Shown one piece after another: positions 10,794 to 24,922 of a DNA stretch of 64,000 nt; the first letter of the stretch is position 1; each line of letters opens with the position of its first letter. Under the pieces are notes generated by a model. The model had not been told where the DNA came from, did no database searches, and saw nothing but the letters and a program-made list of their open reading frames with translations. This stretch comes from Phoronis australis (taxonomy: Eukaryota > Animalia > Phoronida), in contig NMRA01000291.1 of the NCBI GenBank assembly GCA_002633005.1, forward strand, positions 169,086-233,085, given 5' to 3'. The position numbers were made by a program, and so were the translations under genes.

Positions 10794-13200
10794 GTTCTGT
10801 GCAACAGTCAACGAGTAATCCTGCAACATGCTCCTTCCAAGGTAAATGGACTGGACAAATCAACTACACAAAAAGATTTATCAGAATACAGCAAAATGGA
10901 ATCCGGACGCCATTCTCTGACTACCTCAGAGCAACATTTCTTGGATAGATTTCGGCTGACACCACGATTATCGCCAAGTTCAGAGGACTTGCTTGATCCC
11001 AAGACCTTTAGACCACATGTTTCTTTACCAGCAGGTAAACGTTCGTTTTTATCCTTTCTGATTTCCATTCCAACTTCCTGAATCAATATTGCGTAGGCAT
11101 TAAGTTGGATCGAAACAATAAACAACATTAGAGCAGCAATACGATTCACTTGTCATTGAGACTACGAATTTTCGCGCAACGAGAACCTTGTTCGTTCCAT
11201 AGTGCAAGCAAAAACGACGGCGATTAACTCCAAAAGGAGCGTGTCTTTACCAGTTCGTTTCACCGTGGAGGACCACTTTGTTCGACCCCAAAATACTACA
11301 CCAAAAAGACTATCGGTGGAATCGTGGCCGAATAAAGTATCTACAGCGGACATAGGATGCTTTGGGGATATGCAAAGACGTGCTGCTTCAATGTCGTCCA
11401 CGAGCCTTCAGGAAGAAATTCGAGTTGTTTATGCACTTCCAAAAAAGCGACCGGGAGTAAAACTTGTTCATCCACATTCATTTAAGTAAGTACAAATCGT
11501 TGTCTTCTTGTGGTCTGACAAATTTGCTACAACGATAAGACACTCACATGGGATCAAAACGAACAAATACTTATAAAAGGATACTAAACCCTGTTTTGAT
11601 GATTTCAACCGATCCTCCGGGATTCTGTCACCTGCTGGTGCATCATTGGTGCCAATCCTGAAAGATAAAAGCAGGAATCAACTAAAAATTCATACCCTCT
11701 ATCTCACAAATTGGATAATGTGGTCCTTGGTGGGTAGTCTTTTCTCACAGTTGCCGTGTAATTCAGTAAAAGCGTAGGTCACGCTTGCCCATTTTGCAAA
11801 CATTGAAAGGAGTTTTCAATTTTTCCTCAAAACGTTTTAGGGTTGTCGAGGGATACAGAGCATTGTTTCAGAGCACTGGAAATGAAGTCGTTTTAATATC
11901 TGTTAATAGGCCAAAACCGGGTTTGGTATCCTTTTAACGGGCTATATCTCAACGTTTTGCTTGCTTAAAATTACTCTATGTATTCTCGCATATTCTATGG
12001 ACGTTGTGGCCTCTCTCCGAATTGCACGCTATTCAGTAATCTTCAAAACTTTAGTAGAATAATATTCTGAAACAGTAAACGTTGTCGTTTGTAGGTTCAA
12101 GAGAAACGACTGCGGAGAAATAATCACCATTGGCCAAGGATCCACGTCTCAAGTGTTTCTTGGCGAATTAACGCTGAAAAGCGGAGACATTAAACCAGTG
12201 TGCTTAAAATATTACACTAAAAGAGGCAACGGGGACGCAGAAAGAGAGTTCGTTGTTTATCGTCATTTGTACCAAACGGGCTATGTTCCTTTTGTCTACG
12301 GGTTGCTATACATTCGCGACAAGAACAATCGCAAGTCATTTGCACTGCTTGTGGACTTTTTCCCCGGTTCGAAATCGGTATGTAATTTGATGGAGGAAGA
12401 AGCTGTGTGCCATCCATTATTCTGGATCAGAGTAATCATGAGGATAACCGAGGCTCTCCGAAAGATTCACGAACTTGGCGTCTTGATCAACGATGTGAAG
12501 TGGGACAACGTTTTAATTGACATGCCCACGTCACGGAATTATGATCCTAAGATACTTTTAATCGACTTCGGCTGTGCGTCTGATCACAGAGGAATGGTGT
12601 AAGCTTTTATCGTATTTGTTTGAACAAGAAGCAAATGTGATATCTTCGTTGCAGGGCTCGAGCAATTCCTGTCGAGCACTGCTGTTAACTTGATGCACGT
12701 TTTTTAAGTGCGTATTAACGACATAACGTAGAGATGGAGTCTAGCTCGGAGGTGTTTATTATTTTTTTTTCTTAAATTTCAGTATGGGAGTAATATTTTC
12801 ATACAATTCCGTGCTCTTGTGGCTAATGTTAACTCGCCAATTTCAGTGAAACAAGAGACCATTGTTTTTCAAATCTACTGATTAAAGAAAAATACAAAGC
12901 ATGATTTCTTTCTTTTTCTTACATAATACGATTTATAAGTTTCATCGCGTATAGTCTGTGGCGATATGTTCTTTGGCCAATTGATTACTTCTATTTCAGC
13001 TTTATTTCTGGCAACAGTCCATCCCCGTTGTAGAATGTCGTGTTTTGAATCCTATACAATGAACTTAAAACGATGTTAAGCCTAACTGCATTGAATGCTT
13101 TGTTGAGATCGAAAAAGTGCAGGGATAAGAATATAATCCAATAATTTTGTGTTCAAACACAAGTCCAATGCAATACGGAGATCTGCAGATACAATGATGG

Positions 13201-13245
<45 letters not shown>

Positions 13246-14162
13246 CGACGATGATAATGATAATGATGAAGACAATGACGACGACGATGATGAGAATTAT
13301 ACATTTGTGTCCTAACAATTAGTTCCGTTATTGCCAGTTTGGATTGATATTTTTTCCCAAAGCCATGTTGATGTTGAAAAAATTGTTTGTTTAAGCTGTA
13401 AACACTTAATTTGTTGAGTTAGCATTAAAATTTTGGCTGATTTTCTTAATCTTAATCAAGGTTTATTTTGGTAGAAGTTTTGGGTGAGTGAAGCAACTCA
13501 CATGTTAACAAATTCTTAAGAATCTTTGTCTGAAGATTGGCTATTCCACTCATTCAGTTCTGATCCAATTGTTAATTGTATCCAATCAGTTTACCGTACA
13601 GAGTTTCTTATCTACAAATTTTGCGGTGTATATCATGTAGTTTGGGACATTTAAGTTGCTAAAACAACGAAGGTCTGTTTTCAAACTACATATCTTATAA
13701 TGGAGTGTTCGGATTTGCTAGCACTGATAATTACAAAGTTATTCACGGAAAATTAAGCCAGGCACAAAGAAGAGTGTTCCAAAATTGTTTCGTAAACATC
13801 ATATTTTAACTTCAAGGCATCGTTACACCTCACCATCAGAACGCTGGAAATATGAGCACATCGCGCCCGAAGCTTTGAATGGCAGTCGAACGAGTATAGC
13901 TTCAGATATATACAGTCTTGGAGTACTCATAAATGACCTCGCCGCCTGTGCGGTTGTGAATCGCGGACAAGAAATCTTAGATCTCATCTTCAAACTTGCT
14001 CAACTCGCAACCTATACGGATTCGGAAGATCGCATCTCTCTTTTGAGATTAGAGAAATGGTTGTCTCTTATTGAGTCGAAAATCCTCGATAGACATTTGA
14101 CGGATGAACATCTAATACAGCAAAGTGTTCAGTTGGAAGATTCATATGAATTTCAGTCGTGA
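10794..14162 (+). CDS. Protein kinase (non-RD, atypical catalytic loop), multi-exon; 5' exon(s) not identified
   Basis: Exons 10794-11034, 11161-11485, 12095-12598 and 13817-14162 join in phases 1, 2, 2. Motifs: IGQGSTSQV (G-loop), VCLK, AERE (alphaC Glu), VLINDVKWDN, LIDFG, HIAPE, SDIYSLG, and DR (subdomain XI). Two acceptors are weak (GAG, AAG). Confidence 0.8.
13194..13292. repeat. (GAT)n microsatellite in a kinase intron
   Basis: Direct reading of the sequence. It produces the spurious poly-His and poly-Ile ORFs. Confidence 0.95.
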
Positions 14163-15273
14163 TAGTTGATGTTAATGACCATTCGCGAAAATGCTGAGAA
14201 TAAATTGTTAATTTTGTGAAATCAAAGTTAAGTTTGTTCTCTTGCTTGGAGTCTTGATAGACTTCGCTTAGTTCACGACAAATTAAGCAGTGCAAACTAA
14301 ACAATTCACGAGAACGATTTAAATGAAAGGACTGACGAAAGTTCGCACCGACTCCTTGCATCGTGGTTTCAGTGGCAAAGACAAACAAAAGCTTACTTTT
14401 TGGAATACAAAACACTATAATGTCTCTAAATTACTGAAGCGTCAAAATATGGCCGTCAGGACCATAATACCCTGTCTTCGAAAATATGACCATTTTCCCC
14501 GAAACAACTGTTGGCTACCGATTCAATTTGGTATTAACAAATCTAACTGGCTCATGTAAGAGGTGTATACACGGTGATAGTCCAGATTACCTTAGTTTAC
14601 CTTTTTATGGTACATGGCAATCTTGGTTGTGTTTTACGTAAAAACAAAGTCGGGTGAAAACATCCCTCTTATTGGAATCAACTGCAGTGTGACGTCATGA
14701 ACAATTCAAAGTACACATAGTTAAGGAGGGAATATAAAACGATATTATTCAAAGAATCACACTGCACTCAGCAAACCTCATTAAATATAATGCATTTCAT
14801 TTAATCTATTTTAACTACCACATTGTCCTAATCCACATTATAATTTGATCGTGGCCGCCGAATGGTAAGGAATCACTTTGAAGCTAGAAACTTATAGATA
14901 AAGATACAGTTGCAATCGCAATTACACCAGTCGATTACAATGTGTCAAAAACATAGCCACCATCAGAAAGTTACGTCGCAGCGTTATACATTTATTCACA
15001 GTTAACCTTGGTTCCCAAAATTACCTACCAATGACGTACTTTGTATTTTGAATAGCTACTTGCACGAATGTAGATTACGGCAGATTAGATGAATGAAAAA
15101 CCGTGGAAAGCAATTATATACGACATATTGCTTACCGACTCATTTATACCGCTAATTGTCGCCGATATCTTTTACTGTTAGAAGGCATCGCGAAGGGAAA
15201 CTGTAGCCTGTAGACAAGAAAGGTCAGGTGAGGAATTTGAGCTTGTCTTTGTTCTGTAGAAAGCGTGGTTTAA

Positions 15274-16692
15274 AGGAGAAGGCAACTTTTTTCATGTCAG
15301 TTTTAGTAAAAATACGATTCGTTGATTATCCCAGACATCTTTTTCTATTCATAACGGCTTCCCGTAATTTTATTAATTAGTAGTGCCTTACTCCAGAAGT
15401 GACGTTTAGGGGTTAAGAATTTTTCGCCATTTCTTTTTCATATAGTCTGACTGTGTTACCTGTCGAGTCATTCATTGTTTCACTTGGGTTGTAATAAGTT
15501 TGGTTGTCGTTTACATTTTTTTTGCCAGTCATTCACGGCTGCTGCGTACCGTGGCGTACTCATTATCGTCTCACGCACTTTGGGTATGCCATTACACCGC
15601 TTTCCGGAAGATGACGCGCTCCGCTGTATTTGTTCCCTTCGTGTGAAGAACGCAGCGTTACCGTCCACGCAACGTACAAAGCAGTGGAGAATTACCGAGT
15701 GTGTGGCAAGCATTTCCTATCCTTGCGTTGGATTACGAAAGAGATGTTTACGCGGAATTGACGGAGGTTCATGTAAAACAACGCCTGAAGAAGGGTGCCA
15801 TACTGTCGTTGTTGATTCCCGGTAGTGCACCGTTGCCACCCCCGAGAAGTGCATTTTTGAAGCAAGTAGCCTCGCGAGCTGTGGCCTCTACAGTGACTGG
15901 AGGCGCTTCATCTACTATCGCTTGTGCCTCCGAACGTACCCCAGAGTGTGCAATTCTGGGAACTAGCAGTGATTCTCCCTGTGCTGGTGTTGTCTCCAGC
16001 CCAGAGCCTGTAAGCAGCCCTGCAACGATGTTGAGTAGTGGGAGTCAATACAGGCCAAGTTCGACACCCAGTGGGGAGGACAGTTTATCGTCCAAAGGTC
16101 CGGCCGGTGAGCCAAGCTTTGATAAGTTTATTGAGGACTTCACTAAAGTATTGAAGCTATTTAGAAGGTGCCAAGTGTGTGGAGAGGGAGTCACACAGCT
16201 GGATGCAAGCGGCTTGGGTGCTCAGGTCACCATCCAATGGGAACAGCATAGGCATTCCACTGAGGTCGGCATAACAGTGCACACCTTGCATTTGCACCAA
16301 GACGTCACTACGTCTCTCCTCAGTCTCTGCCTCATCCCTCTCAACAGCTGTCTGTATTTTGCCTCACTATAGGCCTACTCGGGCTCAAGCAGTATCTACC
16401 CACAGCTACTACAAACTAAACGTTTCTTAAATCCAGCGTAACTGAGTTCTTTAACAACTTAGTTTGTCGCCGATGGGAAGTGCTGACGACAATTTTAGGA
16501 GACCGGCACAAAAACAGGAGTAGAACAGATTCTCATAGTAACTAGAACGTACTAGAAACGAAATGGCGGGAAATTCCTAACCCCCTAAACGTGACTTCCG
16601 GAGTAGTGCAAGACCCGTGATTATCTGAAGCATATGTCTAGGAAAATCAACGAACCGTATTTTTACTAAAAATGACACGAAAAAAGGTTGCC
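15274..16692 (+). mobile_element. Kolobok-type DNA transposon derivative (internally deleted), copy 1
   Basis: Left end TTAA|AGGAGAAGGCAAC; right end ...AAAAGGTTGCC with the tip eroded. It carries decayed THAP (HRFPED..CGKHF) and LFRRCQVCGE..LGAQVTIQW transposase remnants, and is homologous to 27231-28563. Confidence 0.8.
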
Positions 16693-19600
16693 CACACCCA
16701 GGCAATTCATTTTCGAGGCCAACTACGTCACCAAAACCAAACGTGACATCTGTACAAGGCAGATTTCATATTCCATGTGAACTATTAATCTGCCAAACCG
16801 ATAAACAATACATTAAAAAATTTTGCGAAAGTGATAATATTGAAATTTTTAACCTCAGCATATTGCATTGAATTTGTAAATGATCGATATGAAGCATTAT
16901 TCTATACAAATTGAATATCCTTCTCTGACAAATTTTGTAAATTCGTAAACCGTTTTCATATTATTTTACTTTTGTTCTGACATCTAAGTATCATTCTGAT
17001 TAAAAAACCCCAACTCAGATTACAAATTACTTCGCAATAACTTGTAATACCATGGCCGGTGCACCACAGGGGGCTGGAGGCCATATCCCTCACTATTTTT
17101 CAGTGCTGCACCGCCCATGAATACACTCACACTTGTCTTCAGCTACCAAAGAACAAAGGCGGAAAAGCCTCCTATTTTTAACAATTTTAAGCTGAAATTA
17201 CTCGCATTTATAAGGACTATTCTGACAGATACCTCGGACACAAATGTAAATAAATGGAGAGGTCTGCACGCGTGTCTTTAATTATTACCCTAGAAATGTA
17301 CAAAAATCAACCGTTATTGTTATTTTTATGTTGACATTTAGATAATTTGTACATATTGTTTTTACACGATGTTATGCATTAGATAAGAATTTTTGTATCG
17401 GTTTATTTTCATATATGTTTCAGTATCTACCCATTTTGATATTTATATTTTATATAAGCCTCTTGACTGTTAGCTCTTGCATCGTATAGCACGGCGTGAA
17501 TGTGTGAATAAAAGGTGCACAAAAGTCCTTCCCCTGTCCCCTTTTCCCTATTAATTTACATTTATTGCAACTTATGTTTCGAATAATTATTGTTTTACTG
17601 TTTTGTAAAGGCTAGATTCGAGCCGTCAGACTAGTCTTGTTATATTTATTGTCTGGCCAATAAATGTATAAAAAATCAAATTCACCCCATATCCGCTAAT
17701 GAAATGCATCACAGTATCCGTCCCGAAGCATAGCGTATCTCCGGGAAAGCAGCCTCCTAACAGCACCATAAAGGTCTTTCAGTAAAACACCACCGTGAAG
17801 CATTGATGAGCCCCCCGATTGTTGTGTCAATCAGTAAAACCATAATATTTTCTGAAAGAAGAAAGATCAGGAATTTCAAAAATACGCTTGAGTCTTACGT
17901 GCTACTGTTATTATAACAGGGCCGCTTATTGCATTATTGAAAGTGGTTCTCTGCCACCTGGTACTTTTAGGGTTGTTCGTAAGGATTTTTAATTTATGTT
18001 CATATCAAAGCGCTTTCTTTTAGTTTCAAATTTAAAAAACGATCTTTCAACTTCTAGCCACTTCCTCGATTTTCTCTCACAAGGCAAAGCACGTCTCCTC
18101 ATTTGGTATGGCAAGACATAGACGTAGCACATTTCCCTTATATGGAAAATGTGACCTTTGACCTCAAGTGACTTCAGGCAACTGTGAGCGTACTCGCGCA
18201 TTTATCGTAGTGAGACGGAGATTAGAAACTCTGTGGTAACCACAAAGTTTTTCCTTCGCGTGTATTTCAAAAATCGTGAATTTTTTGATTTTGCTGGAAA
18301 TTTCCTCACATGGGAAAGTGAATTACTCTGTACTAGACCTTGCGAGATGGTGCTTTCGTTATGAATTGTATAAAAGATGTTTTTGTCGATCTTTCGCGTT
18401 TCATGCCTCTTTAAAGTTGATTTCACGCAAAAAGATGAAACCATCAGCGTGTCAAAAAACTCTTCAAGGTTTATTGGATTTGGCAAATCCTAAAATTGCG
18501 AATTTGAAAATGACGCATTCGCGCATTGCTTAGTACTTAAGGTGGCAACGGAAATGGAATCCCATCTCGGCAACGAATACTAAAAGACCGGTTTCGTGAT
18601 GAGAGAAACGGACCAATCGATTTTCATTTTTAACTAGCTAAGCACGACGAAATGCAGCTTTAACATCGTACCTTCGTCCGCCTTTCTCTTAAGGCAAAAC
18701 CCCTCGTAGGACATAGACATGAGGGTTTGAAATATCAAATTAGTCTTGAGTCCATACATTCTATCCAATCTGAGGAAACTGACTGGGCCCTGTGCTAGAT
18801 CTTCGTAGCCAAATGCCATAAACTTTTGTCTGACCTTTGTTGAATTTGAGATAGACATGACAAGTGTACAACACATTCTCAAAAAATTTAGCAAAAAGTC
18901 GTATCTTTTTCACCGACTATTTTGCATGTGATCAGCTTCCCATTTCTGTTGTTTGTATTGCATTGATGTTAGAACATACGTTTATCCACAGAGCTTTGGT
19001 ATGTACTCCTTCACGAGGCGCAGCGAGATGTTTTTGCAGTTTAAGTCAACCGCTAGGTGGGGCTTATCCGATTGACACCAGACCTTACTGAGAATGCACT
19101 GTTCAGTTTTCACAGTGTTTTGCCAGGCAGAGCTGGATTTATTGCCTTTATTCCACTCTGTCGATAGCTGTATGAATAAAATAAAAATTTGTTAGTCATT
19201 TAACAGATCAAAAACGCTACACGGTATTGGGTTTTTGAGTCTTAACTGATTGCAAATTGTATCTTACCCGAAGTCGTTAAAAATATACATTCTAAGTCAA
19301 GTGATGTGTATGCGTCCCCTGTGTTCATTCAATTTCTATTTATAAAAACCCCCGAATGGTCATTTTTCAGAGCGCTAAGTAACCTCGTTACTAGGATAAC
19401 GAGAATTTCTGCAAACTTGTTGAAAGGTCATGAGGAAGTAAGTACCTTCTATCCAAATGTTCAAGATGGTCTCTGTGTTCACTGTACTGTCAGAGCATTC
19501 ATTATGTTGGGAATTTCTAATAGTGAGCCCCAGGGTGCTTAGTGGAAATGACATATTTTAACCTTTTAATACTACCAGTTTCAGCCGAGGCGTACTTTCC

Positions 19601-22600
19601 AAAACAGGATGTCTATCAACGTGAAACGTGCCATCGGCATCGATACAGTGGAATGAGGATCAATGTCTGTAGTAAGGGAAGTTGATTAAATCAACGTTAC
19701 CGTTAGTTAAAAGGATATTAAACACAGTTTTGATTATTTCAACCAATCCTCGTTCTGTCACCCGCTAATGCATCATTGGCGTCAACGGTTAAAAGCAAGA
19801 GCCTGCTTATGGAAATACCCGGTACTGGTTCAGCTCGCACCGACTATAACGGTGTATTGAAGGTAACGGGCAGAGTGGTTCATTCATCGCCTCAGCGAAA
19901 GCGCTGAACCTCGCTTCCAAAACATTCTGAGCTCTTGTTACCGAATTTTAGGATCTTCATTCTGATTTCACAAATTAAGCTCAAACTTGAAAGAGAAAAT
20001 CTTTGTGGTAAATTACACACTCCTGGGGCGACTCAAGAATGTCTGAACTATGTGTCCCAAGAGATCAGTTTCATTCAAAAATTTATGCTTATGACCTCAG
20101 AACAGACTTGTTGATCTGATCAAATGTCAAATCAAAAACACGAATGGATTCCTCTGACGCAACTTCCAAGTTTTATGAGTTCGTTACCCGGACAGTACGC
20201 GTTTCGTAAGTTTTATACCTAAATTCTGGAATTACACGCATTTGTTGAAAGTGACTCTGAACAATTTATGCAACCTTTCAAGTACCCTGGGACAAGCTAC
20301 GGTATAGAGTTCCTGAGCGTATTTTCTACCATTATCTATTATTTCTGCTGATTGATCACGACCCGAGTGGAGGTCACCCCTGGCAATTGATGCGTATAGA
20401 GATGTTTATCCGTATAAGACAACATTCGACGTTTGTTCCAATGCATACCCGTAATAATGCGCTTATGCAAAAACATTTGCTTAAGTGCATGCGTCTGAAA
20501 TTCGAGGTACAGATCTAGTCGAATATTTGTTGTAGACATTCGAGTGGCGGACTGGGTGATTTTGAGTCACTTCCGTCTATTTTAGAACTTTTCATTTATA
20601 ATTTGAATGCAAATCGAAACGTTGCCAACCGTTGCCCTCACGTTTCGCTCAAATGATATTTTGTTTTGTTCTGTTTGGCTTTACTCAAGTGTTTAGGTGC
20701 ATGCGCTAATTTTGCGCACCAACACGGTTCGATTGATGATATATTTAGTGCACGTGCTTGGAGTAGTTGCTGACTTAGGACATCGTGAAAATAAGATAAT
20801 ATAAGAAAACTATCAATGCTTTTGTTTCAAAGAACGTGTCTTGAGCTTTAACCTTGCCAAGTACACACAATGCCGCTAAGAAGAGCAAAGTGTTGAGCAA
20901 TTTTCAAATCAATCAAGTTTTAGGAAAATTTCTGTGATTTCCCATCAATTTATTATCCTAAAGTTGTAATACACCAACAAACGACATGACAACAGTCACT
21001 CGACAAATTGTTTAAATTCAATATTCGACATACAGCAAAAACACATTAATGCCTAAAACATGACTGTGTCGGAAAACTGCCACTAAAAACTATATGGAAC
21101 AGGAAGTCACAAATTCCGGTTTCTGTGGTTTAAGACAACAAAGCCACGTATCCATCCAACAACATAAAGACTTACATCTGTTTTCCTATATTATGTTGTT
21201 GGTACAATTGTTAATTTGCTGTAAAATTGCTTGAGAATTTATGAAAACAACAATACTTTTTTAAAAGAAATGATCATTACTTTACAATGTATGTGTGCTA
21301 AAAAAAGCACAATAGGCGGCCTAGTTTTATATATGTAGCAGGAAAACGTGTGGTTTATGTATCAGGGTGATCGTTGTCCGTAGCACAATTATGGGAAAAT
21401 CTTTGAATATCTGACACTGTGCGATTAATTTTCGGCTTTTAGTTCGTAATTAGGAACCCTAAGTTTCTTAGACGAACCCTGAAGGGATCGAGCGAGGAAT
21501 GCGTTACATAATATTGCACTTCCACAACGGGTCCGGCTTCCAACTCGATGTTTTCCCGACATTCGCTTAAATTAGTGTTTATATACTGCTTATTTGTATA
21601 CGAGATTATGCAGTCCAGACAGAATACTTTATACGTTGGAGTTTAACTTAACACTAAGCTACGATAATCTTGTTAACTTTTGTTGTAACAGTGTAGTTGA
21701 TTTATTAATAGCTAAACTAAAATTAAATCTACATTTGCAAAACATTCAAGCTATTTTCTTGGCGAACGAAAATGACCACTTCACAAAAAAGCGGGGAACA
21801 AGAAAAAGATGAACGCATTTTCATACTCTGATTTGTGATTTGTAAATACTTCGAGTTAACAACGCCAGAAAATGTCGGGAAATGTTAAACGACGTTCTAA
21901 ATTCTAGAACACGGATTCTTGTGACGTAACAAGTGGTGCGGATTGTTCCGCCGTTGTGGTTCTGGGGCATTCTGTTCGTATGGAACCCAGGGAAAAGCCG
22001 CGATGCTACTGTGTGCGTGTAAGATACATTTCTGTGAATTTTTAGTACGGAGAAAACCGAACGGAATTATTTATATTAAGGTTAGTACTGCATTACATTT
22101 TATATTTATTTACCAATGCCAATTTGCATTTTTAGTCCAAAATTGTCAAATAATTTATGTGCTCCAAAATATCCAGTTAAGATGATTTGATTTATAATGC
22201 TAAGCTCAACGGTTCTGATACTTCTAAACACTGGTTCTCTTAATGCTGCAGTGATTCGCCTTCTGTCAAAACTTTTAATTTAGACCATTTACCATGGGAA
22301 CTGAGCTCCAAGATGAGAAGTGGTGGTTCTGAGCCTGAGACGAACCTATAGTTAGGAATAGCATGAGACCATGTTTAAGGCATAAAATGACAAGTAGTCT
22401 GGTCTCAACAACAACGACCTATCACGCACTCAAAATGATTCGTAACGCTAATGTTGAGTTTCCACATTTTCAAATGGTTAGCTAGCATTTTTATAGTAGT
22501 CGTTCTACGGCTTTGGCCAAATACCCCACAGGTTGTTTTTGTCAAAGTACCTGAACTACACGGCTAACGGACTGCAAACACGGTATCTGTGTAGCCTTAT

Positions 22601-24368
22601 TTTCTCTGAGCATAATAAGATTGGTGAATCTTGTAATTAATCTAATTTTAGTATATCGAATCGAAATGGAAATATAGTTTCTTTTTAATTACTGAAATTT
22701 ATTCCATTTATACAATCCTATCGTACGGCAATTGTTTTGAATCGAACTTGCTTTTTCGGCGTTTTCAAAGTAGACATAACAAGTATAGTCTATCTAAAGT
22801 TCATTTTTTTATGACAAGTGTTATTGCCAAAGAAATGTTTAATGACATGCAATTACGTTATGTTGAAAAACTCAAGATCACATCCACTGTTTGTTGCTGT
22901 TTCCTTGACAGTGAGGTCGTTTTTTGCACTTTGATAAGTTTTATAGGAGTGTAACCAGGGTTTAAAATTGTACGTTTATGTAACATGGAACATCCGAGTA
23001 TATGCCTTCAAAGCATTATCGATAGGACAATTTAAATTCTTCAATAAGCGTCTCTCCGAGAATCCCATGCCTAAAAGGTCGGAATTATTTCGCGATTTAT
23101 AATTGGCGAAACGTTTAATGTCATTTGCTGGACCATTCACACGGCACGACATACACTGATTACCTCAAAACCTTTTCGGATGACATTTGAAGAACGTTCA
23201 CACTAAAAACGTACAGAAGTACGTGTTATTGAAAGTGATGTTTAGAAAAATGTGTTTTGCGTAATATTATCTATTTAGTATTTGTACGATATTTGATACT
23301 AGTATGACCCCTAACACAGTATAAATTAGACAGATGCACGCCGTGATCCCAGTTCAACAGTTTGTGCCATTAAAGACTTTCCATAATGACATTTTGGATG
23401 CACGTTAAAATTGGTTAAGTCATAATCGACGGACACTTGAAGGTCTGGATCAAAGGAGATTAATATTACTACTGAGAGGTAATGAATGCCTGCTTAGTTG
23501 TTTTCAATCTATAGGAGTGGCGCTCAAACACTTTTGCAGATTAATTTCTTTGAATCTCATAGGATTACTATTACGTAACCAACAGCTTGTAATTAGCATA
23601 CCTTGAAAACTTACTATCAAAGAATCAGTTACGAAAACGAGAGATGTCCAAAGATGTTTAAAAATGAACGCGCATGAGGTTAGGACTTTTTACTGACTAG
23701 AAAACGTTTAGTGGATTTGAAATAACGCGTGATGGACTCATAATGGTCGACTTGCCAGTCTGGGACACTACCGTAAACAGAGTCTCTATACTTCTGCAGT
23801 CGGCTGTCGGAACTGTATTTCATTGTGGTGAGAAATAAATTCTGATCTCGGTCAGAAGAAATTGCAACCATAATTAGTTCGGTTAGTGGCCTGTATGGAG
23901 TTAAGGTGAAAATGGTTATGACCCGGGTGAGAATGGAATGATAGAAAATTGATGTGTTTCTTGGTTGTAAACAAGAATGCGGAAAATGCTAAAAATGGTG
24001 GTGGCTACCAAGTGCTTCCTGTTCCACTGCGGAGTGGTCATCTAGCCGGATAACGGCTGGTCATTTTCGACTTCTGATCGTATAGGAAGGAGTGTGTGTG
24101 TGGCGTTTCGTAAGAAGATGTTTAGTGCAAATGAACGCACCGTTGCAGACGGCTTCTAGAAACAGCTGAAACAATTTTCGACTTGTTGATCTATATGTCT
24201 AAGATTTAAACCTCAATTCTTTTTTGTACCTCAGTGGTTTGTGATAAAAATGGGCCTCAGAACAAGCGGCTTCGGACACTTGTGTTGAATTCGTTTACGG
24301 TAGGCCTACACGTAATGATAAGCTAAACAGAGAAACAAACACTTTCACTAAAATAAGCGTCTCTGGGT

Positions 24369-24465
24369 TATAAAGACGGGATCTAGTCGTGCATCTTTTC
24401 CCAATGACCTTTAAAGATACTTAAACCTACCGTTTCCGCTTCATTTCATAAAAAGGAATTTGAAC
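24369..24465 (+). promoter_or_regulatory. Candidate TATA box and non-coding exon 1 of insulin-like gene A
   Basis: TATAAA at 24369-24374 and donor AAC|GTAAGG at 24465/6. The coding exon starts directly at an acceptor (tttcag|ATG), which suggests an upstream non-coding exon. Confidence 0.3.
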
Positions 24466-24922
24466 GTAAGGTTACATCTTCAAAATTTATTCACAAACGA
24501 GACCTTTCAACATGACACAATTTACATCAAAATAGGCTGAATTTAATAGAGGATTTAAAGTTTGAGTTTTGAGTTTCTGGGGTTTACAAAATGGTCGCCA
24601 CGTCACTTTCAGTGAACCGGTCAATAGGAAACGCAAATACAGATGTGCATGACATACGCATGTTCCTATTTTAACTATCTTTCAAATGAAGGGACTCATT
24701 CTGTGATTTCGTATGGTAAAACAAACTAATTCATTAGGCAAACGTTTCTGTACATTTGCTGGTTGCGCTTACTTTATAAGCCAGAAAGTGTACCTAATCA
24801 CCTTATTGTGTGAATGCGCGGCGCGTGTTTGCACGGGTCGTTTTTGAACGTGCAAGTCTTGTAGTCAGAATTACGACCTGTGTTAGCATACTTGCTTGAG
24901 GAATCGTTTAAATTTATTTCAG

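Noticed and set aside
13065-13318. Poly-His and poly-Ile ORFs (also 59708-59899)
   Set aside because: These are intronic trinucleotide microsatellites.
21594-21812. ORF with RLCS...LVNFCC, superficially insulin-like (a possible third paralogue)
   Set aside because: It has no signal peptide, no C-x11-C, no downstream A-chain cysteines and no processing sites.
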